From Macrostomum hystrix (Eukaryota; Animalia; Platyhelminthes), in assembly GCA_950097015.1 (NCBI GenBank), contig CATNEN010000034.1, positions 5,208,001 to 5,272,000 of the forward strand: 64,000 bases of DNA, read 5' to 3'. Shown here piece after piece: positions 60,001-64,000 of the stretch. Position 1 is the first letter of the stretch; each line of letters opens with the position of its first letter. The notes beneath the pieces were generated by a model that was given only the letters and a program-made list of their open reading frames with translations, did not search any database and had not been told where the DNA came from. The position numbers and the translations under genes were made by a program.

Positions 60001-62729
60001 GTAGAGACAGACAGAGTGGGAGAAGGGGAGGGAGTAGAGACAGACCGAGGGGAGAAGGGGAGGGAGTAGAGACAGACAGAGGGGAGAAGGGGAGGGAGTC
60101 GAGACAGACAGAGTGGGAGAAGGGGAGGGAGTAGAGACAGACAGAGTGGGAGAAGGGGAGGGAGTAGAGACAGACCGAGTGGGAGAAGGGGAGGGAGTAG
60201 AGACAGACAGAGTGGGAGAAGGGGAGGGAGTAGAGACAGACAGAGTGGGAGAAGGGGAGGGAGTAGAGACAGACCGAGTGGGAGAAGGGGAGGGAGTTGA
60301 GACAAAAAGACGGTAGGAAGGAGTGGGTATTGAGGCAGAAAGCGGTAACAAGGTATAGAAGACAAGATGAAAGGAGCAAATCGAGTGGGAGAAATTTCCC
60401 ACGTAAAATATGGCATCAAAAAGATCCCAACCAGATGTTCCTACCCCCGCCCCGCCTCCGTCGCGGTTGAAGGCCCGGCAGACAACATTTTTATCCTCTC
60501 TCGTTGTTCCCATTCGAGAGTGAAGTCCAATTCCTCCGCTGGACCTGGGGCCCACTCGACTAGCTAGTGAGGGATGACACGCACGGAATCATGAATGAGA
60601 GAGATTGGAGACGCGTTCACAATTGACCCATTGACCCACTGAAGACACTTGGGTTTACACTTTTTGTACAGGTTGGCAAATGGGCTGCAGTGGCAGCAGC
60701 TGGTGTCTGGACTCTAAACTCGGCAGTTTCGCAACAGGTGTTCCTATGAATCCGTAGTCCATTGTTCTGTTCCTTGCATGAATTCATTTCTGGGGTTCAT
60801 AAACTGAAAAAACAAAGACCCACGTACGGACCCCCGTATGGGTCTTAACTTCATTCCATACATGCATTGTTTTCGTTGCGATTAACCATTAGAGCCAGAA
60901 TAAGTTCGAAAGTAGAATCGACTAAATAGTAATAATAACGAGTAGGGTGTAAAATAACTGCGCATAGGGCACCTCGCCGAGAGTGACACCTGAGAGAGAG
61001 TGACGCCTAAGAGAGAGTGACAGCCTAGAGAGAGAGTGACAGCCTAGAGAGAGAGTGACACCCTAGAGAGAGTGACACCCTAGAGAGAGAGAGAGAGTGA
61101 CACCCTAGAGAGAGTGACAGCCTAGAGAGAGAGTGACACCCTAGAGAGAGTGACACCCTAGAGAGAGTGACACCCTAGAGAGAGAGTGTGTGACACCCTA
61201 GAGAGAGAGTGACACCCTAGAGAGAGTGACACCCTAGAGAGAGAGTGACACCCTAGAGAGAGAGTGACACCCTAGAGGGAGAGAGAGTGACACCCTAGAG
61301 AGAGTGACACCCTAGAGAGAGTGACAACCTAGAGAGAGAGTGTGACACCCTAGAGAGAGAGTGTGACACCCTAGAGAGAGAGTGTGTGACACCCTAGAGA
61401 GAGAGTGACACCCTAGAGAGAGAGAGTGACACCCTAGAGAGAGTGACACCCTAGAGAGAGAGTGTGTGACACCCTAGAGAGAGTGAGACCCTAGAGAGAG
61501 TGACACCCTAGAGAGAGTGACACCCTAGAAAGAGTGACAGCTCAAAGAGAGTGACCTGCAAAGAGAGTGACCTGCAAAGAGAGTGACACCTCGAAGAGAG
61601 TGATAGATAATTGAGAATGACTTTGTCATGGAGAAAATGCTCGAACTAAGCCGCATAGTGAGCTCACCCCATCTGCGGAGACGGTCGGCACGAAGCTCGG
61701 GTCCACCCAGTCCTTCTCTGGCCCATCCTGGCAGCGTGGATCTTTGCGCGGTTTCTTGACGGCAGCACTCAGTGACGAATTCAGGCCGGAGTCCCGTTCC
61801 TGTTGCAAAAGATGCTGCTGCTGCTGCTGAAGATGATGATGATGAGTCGAAGTGAGCAGCCGGTGTCGGCTGTGGTTGCTCAGACTCGCCAGAGGCAGCG
61901 GCGCTGCGGGGGGCTGCTGATGACCAGTTGAAACTGCCGCCGCGGCGGCGGCTGCCGCAGCAGCAGCGGCAGCAGCAGCCGCTGCCATCTCCTGCATTTG
62001 GTGCTGCTGCTGGGCCGCCTGCAGAGTCTGGAGCAGCCTCTCGTACTCAGACAGCGCCTGCTGCGCCCCGGTCAGCTGCTGTTGAGCGCCTTCGACGAGG
62101 CCGCGCGCCTTCTGCACCTCGGCCAGGGCCGGCTGCTGAAGGCCGCGCAGAACTTGACTGACTGCTCCAGCCAGGCCGACTGCTTCCTCCAGCGCCGCCT
62201 CTGCGTGCTGGCCTAGAGTCTTGCACCTGCTGCCACCAGACGCCGACGAAGCCGGAGGCGGCGATGGTGACGAAGCCGACTGAGGTCGCGGAGGTGCGGG
62301 CGGCGGCGGTGGTGGTGGCAGCGGCGTCGGCGGCGGCCCTCCGCTTAATCGAAACGGCAAGAGAAGGGAACCGAGAGCCAGGGCTGCGCTTTCAACGCCT
62401 CCGCCGCCAGCCGCTGCAGTCTTGGTGAGATCCAGCGGGCCCGAGGCCTGGTGGGCCAACGCCAGGCGCAGATACTCTTGCAGGCTCATGTGGCTGCTGT
62501 GACTGCCGTTGCCGATGCTGCCGCTGCTGCTGCTGTTGCTTCTGCTAGTTTGTCTCTGCTGCATCTCTAGCTTCTGTGTGACGTCTTGCTCGATCGTTGA
62601 GTTTCCGTCGCTTATCAACTCCAGCTGGCCCAGCTGCTGCTGCTGCTGTTGGTCGGTGACATTGTGGGGCATCAGGCGCCGAGGCGCTTGGGCCTTGCGC
62701 CGATTCGCTGCTGCCGCCGAGCAGTCCAT
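54082..62729 (-). CDS. BEN-domain protein with N-terminal low-complexity/coiled-coil region and PLDLT motif; exons 62729-61668, 54978-54765, 54404-54082 (~532 aa)
   Basis: Spliced C-terminus reads SADG|KYVILSDTHPAVRMTSADYQESISRASGSATRHLRILMKHFFSQGTLARSSLTGNGQYKEVLDENLTMGIR|DYIQHRYPKLKAAKINLCCTDVCVQARR. This fits the BEN pattern (L+xxFF+xxLxxxS+xG...LD...IR.Y+...P...I......C...RR). Donors gtgagc and gtgagt, acceptors tcgcag and ccgcag, phases 0 and 1 consistent. The 6.7-kb intron may hide extra exons. Confidence 0.78.
54492..54735. repeat. Minisatellite, 13 bp unit CTCTCTCCGCTCT filling the last BEN-gene intron
   Basis: Tandem units between the donor at 54764 and the branch region at about 54445. 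Confidence 0.95.
55778..56570. repeat. Minisatellite, 22-23 bp unit CCTGTCCACTCTATGAAATATC
   Basis: About 35 units. Confidence 0.96.
58825..59316. repeat. Minisatellite, 29 bp unit CTTGGTACGATTCTAGTCTAGCTACGGCC (shorter variants at the 5' end)
   Basis: Tandem units. Confidence 0.95.
59783..60302. repeat. Purine-rich ~30 bp minisatellite GGGAGAAGGGGAGGGAGTAGAGACAGACAGAG
   Basis: Tandem units. Confidence 0.95.
60980..61603. repeat. Minisatellite GAGAGTGACACCCTA(GA)n, variable 17-25 bp
   Basis: Tandem units starting about 65 bp past the BEN exon 1 donor on the minus strand. Confidence 0.95.
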
Positions 62730-64000
62730 GCGGGCTGAGGCTCTGACTGGCCTGCGTCTGTTCGCACAGTGACGGGATCGGGGAGGGTGGGACAGGCGGA
62801 GGTGGGGTGGGTTGAACTGAACGGGATGTTTGGAATCCCTCTGTTTTTAGGCCCAAGTGACGCCCCCACCAAATATACTGAAGCCCGCCTCAGGGAACGG
62901 ACCAGGCAATTATTAATAAAAAATGTCAGGCCAGCCCGGCCCCATTGTGCGCCAAATATTTCATGGCATGTGCGAGAGTTTCAAAGAGTCTGGGGCCTTT
63001 ACCCACCCGCCCCAAAACTCAGTGCCCAATGAGCTGGTATTGGCTTCTGTCCTTTGCCACACACACACCATGATTAAAAAGCAGCTGTGCGGCTCCCGAG
63101 AGCATGAATAGCACTCAGTAGTGCAGTCGGTGCATCAGCATGTGCATGTGGCTTTGGTAGTTGAGAAAGAAACTAAATGAATACATATTAATGCCGCCAC
63201 TATCTTCTCCTTGTCTATCCTAGTTATAATAAAATTCTGCATTCTATCATCTTTGGTCAAGTGCGCATCGGTCTACCAACCTGTGGCCAAGGTCTTTTTT
63301 CCATTCGTTCGTTTGTTAAATTTCTCATTTGTGCCGTTGCCGCTGATGACGACGCACACCCAGGGTACCCTGCTCAGCGTGGCCAAACCTCTGCTCAGCC
63401 CCCGTAGGCTAAATCTGCAACCATTGCTATTCTTCTATTTCTCTTTCTCTCTTTTTCTTTCGTTCTACTCCGGAGCCTCCGTCCGACCATCCCCCCCCCA
63501 ACCTGACTTGTAGAGTCCACAGTCTGAATACATGACACAATTCGCACATGCTACTTTTAGCTGAGCAGCAGCAGCAGCAGCAGTCAGAGCCAGACAGCCC
63601 AACTCGCTTCAGTTCTACACAATGTCTGCTCATTAGAAAAATGTATAATTTAATTTTTTTTCTATTTCGTAAGCACGCTGAGCGTCATTGTTCAGACGGG
63701 TTAGCCAATAGTACAGATTTATTTATTTACTGGGCCCTAAATAGCAGTGTCAGCCTTACCTTCGATAGTGGCTAATTCAGTCTCAAACAACGGACAGAAC
63801 GCTGAACAGCTTCATCGAATTTGACCGGCTCAACCTCAGCCTCTGCAACAGGCGCATGAAATTCTGCATAGGAGGACACAGAATGGGGCGATCAAAAGAC
63901 GAAACGATGGGTACAGGGAAAGCTGCGGGGTTGATGGCAGGCCAAGCAGACTCAAACACACTGTATTTAATGTGGGGATGAGAGAGATACTAACATTGGA

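Overview
Eukaryotic (metazoan) genomic DNA with spliceosomal GT-AG introns, GC-rich exons and AT-rich introns. The gene content and the very dense 12-30 bp minisatellites suggest a free-living flatworm such as Macrostomum, but this is inference. Five protein-coding genes were reconstructed by hand with phase-consistent splice sites: SNW1/SKIP (+), TTC29 (+), WDR88 (+), an HCN channel (+) and a BEN-domain protein (-). Mobile DNA: a decayed APE-RT LINE in TTC29 intron 3; eight copies of a tRNA-headed SINE of about 350 bp; TTAA-flanked MITEs with CAGTAG termini; and a probable P-type transposase relic. Roughly a fifth to a quarter of the window is tandem repeat. Best lead: the HCN gene has three tandem, homologous 150-nt phase-0 exons for the S4-S5 linker/S5/turret, i.e. 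a candidate mutually exclusive exon cluster. Two of the three variants lack conserved gating residues, and a 15-nt complementary intronic pair next to their acceptors resembles a docking/selector element. Second lead: the SINE carries a conserved hairpin with hammerhead-like core strings (CUGACGA..GAAA..GUC), although helices II and III are missing. No CRISPR, rRNA or true tRNA gene was found.
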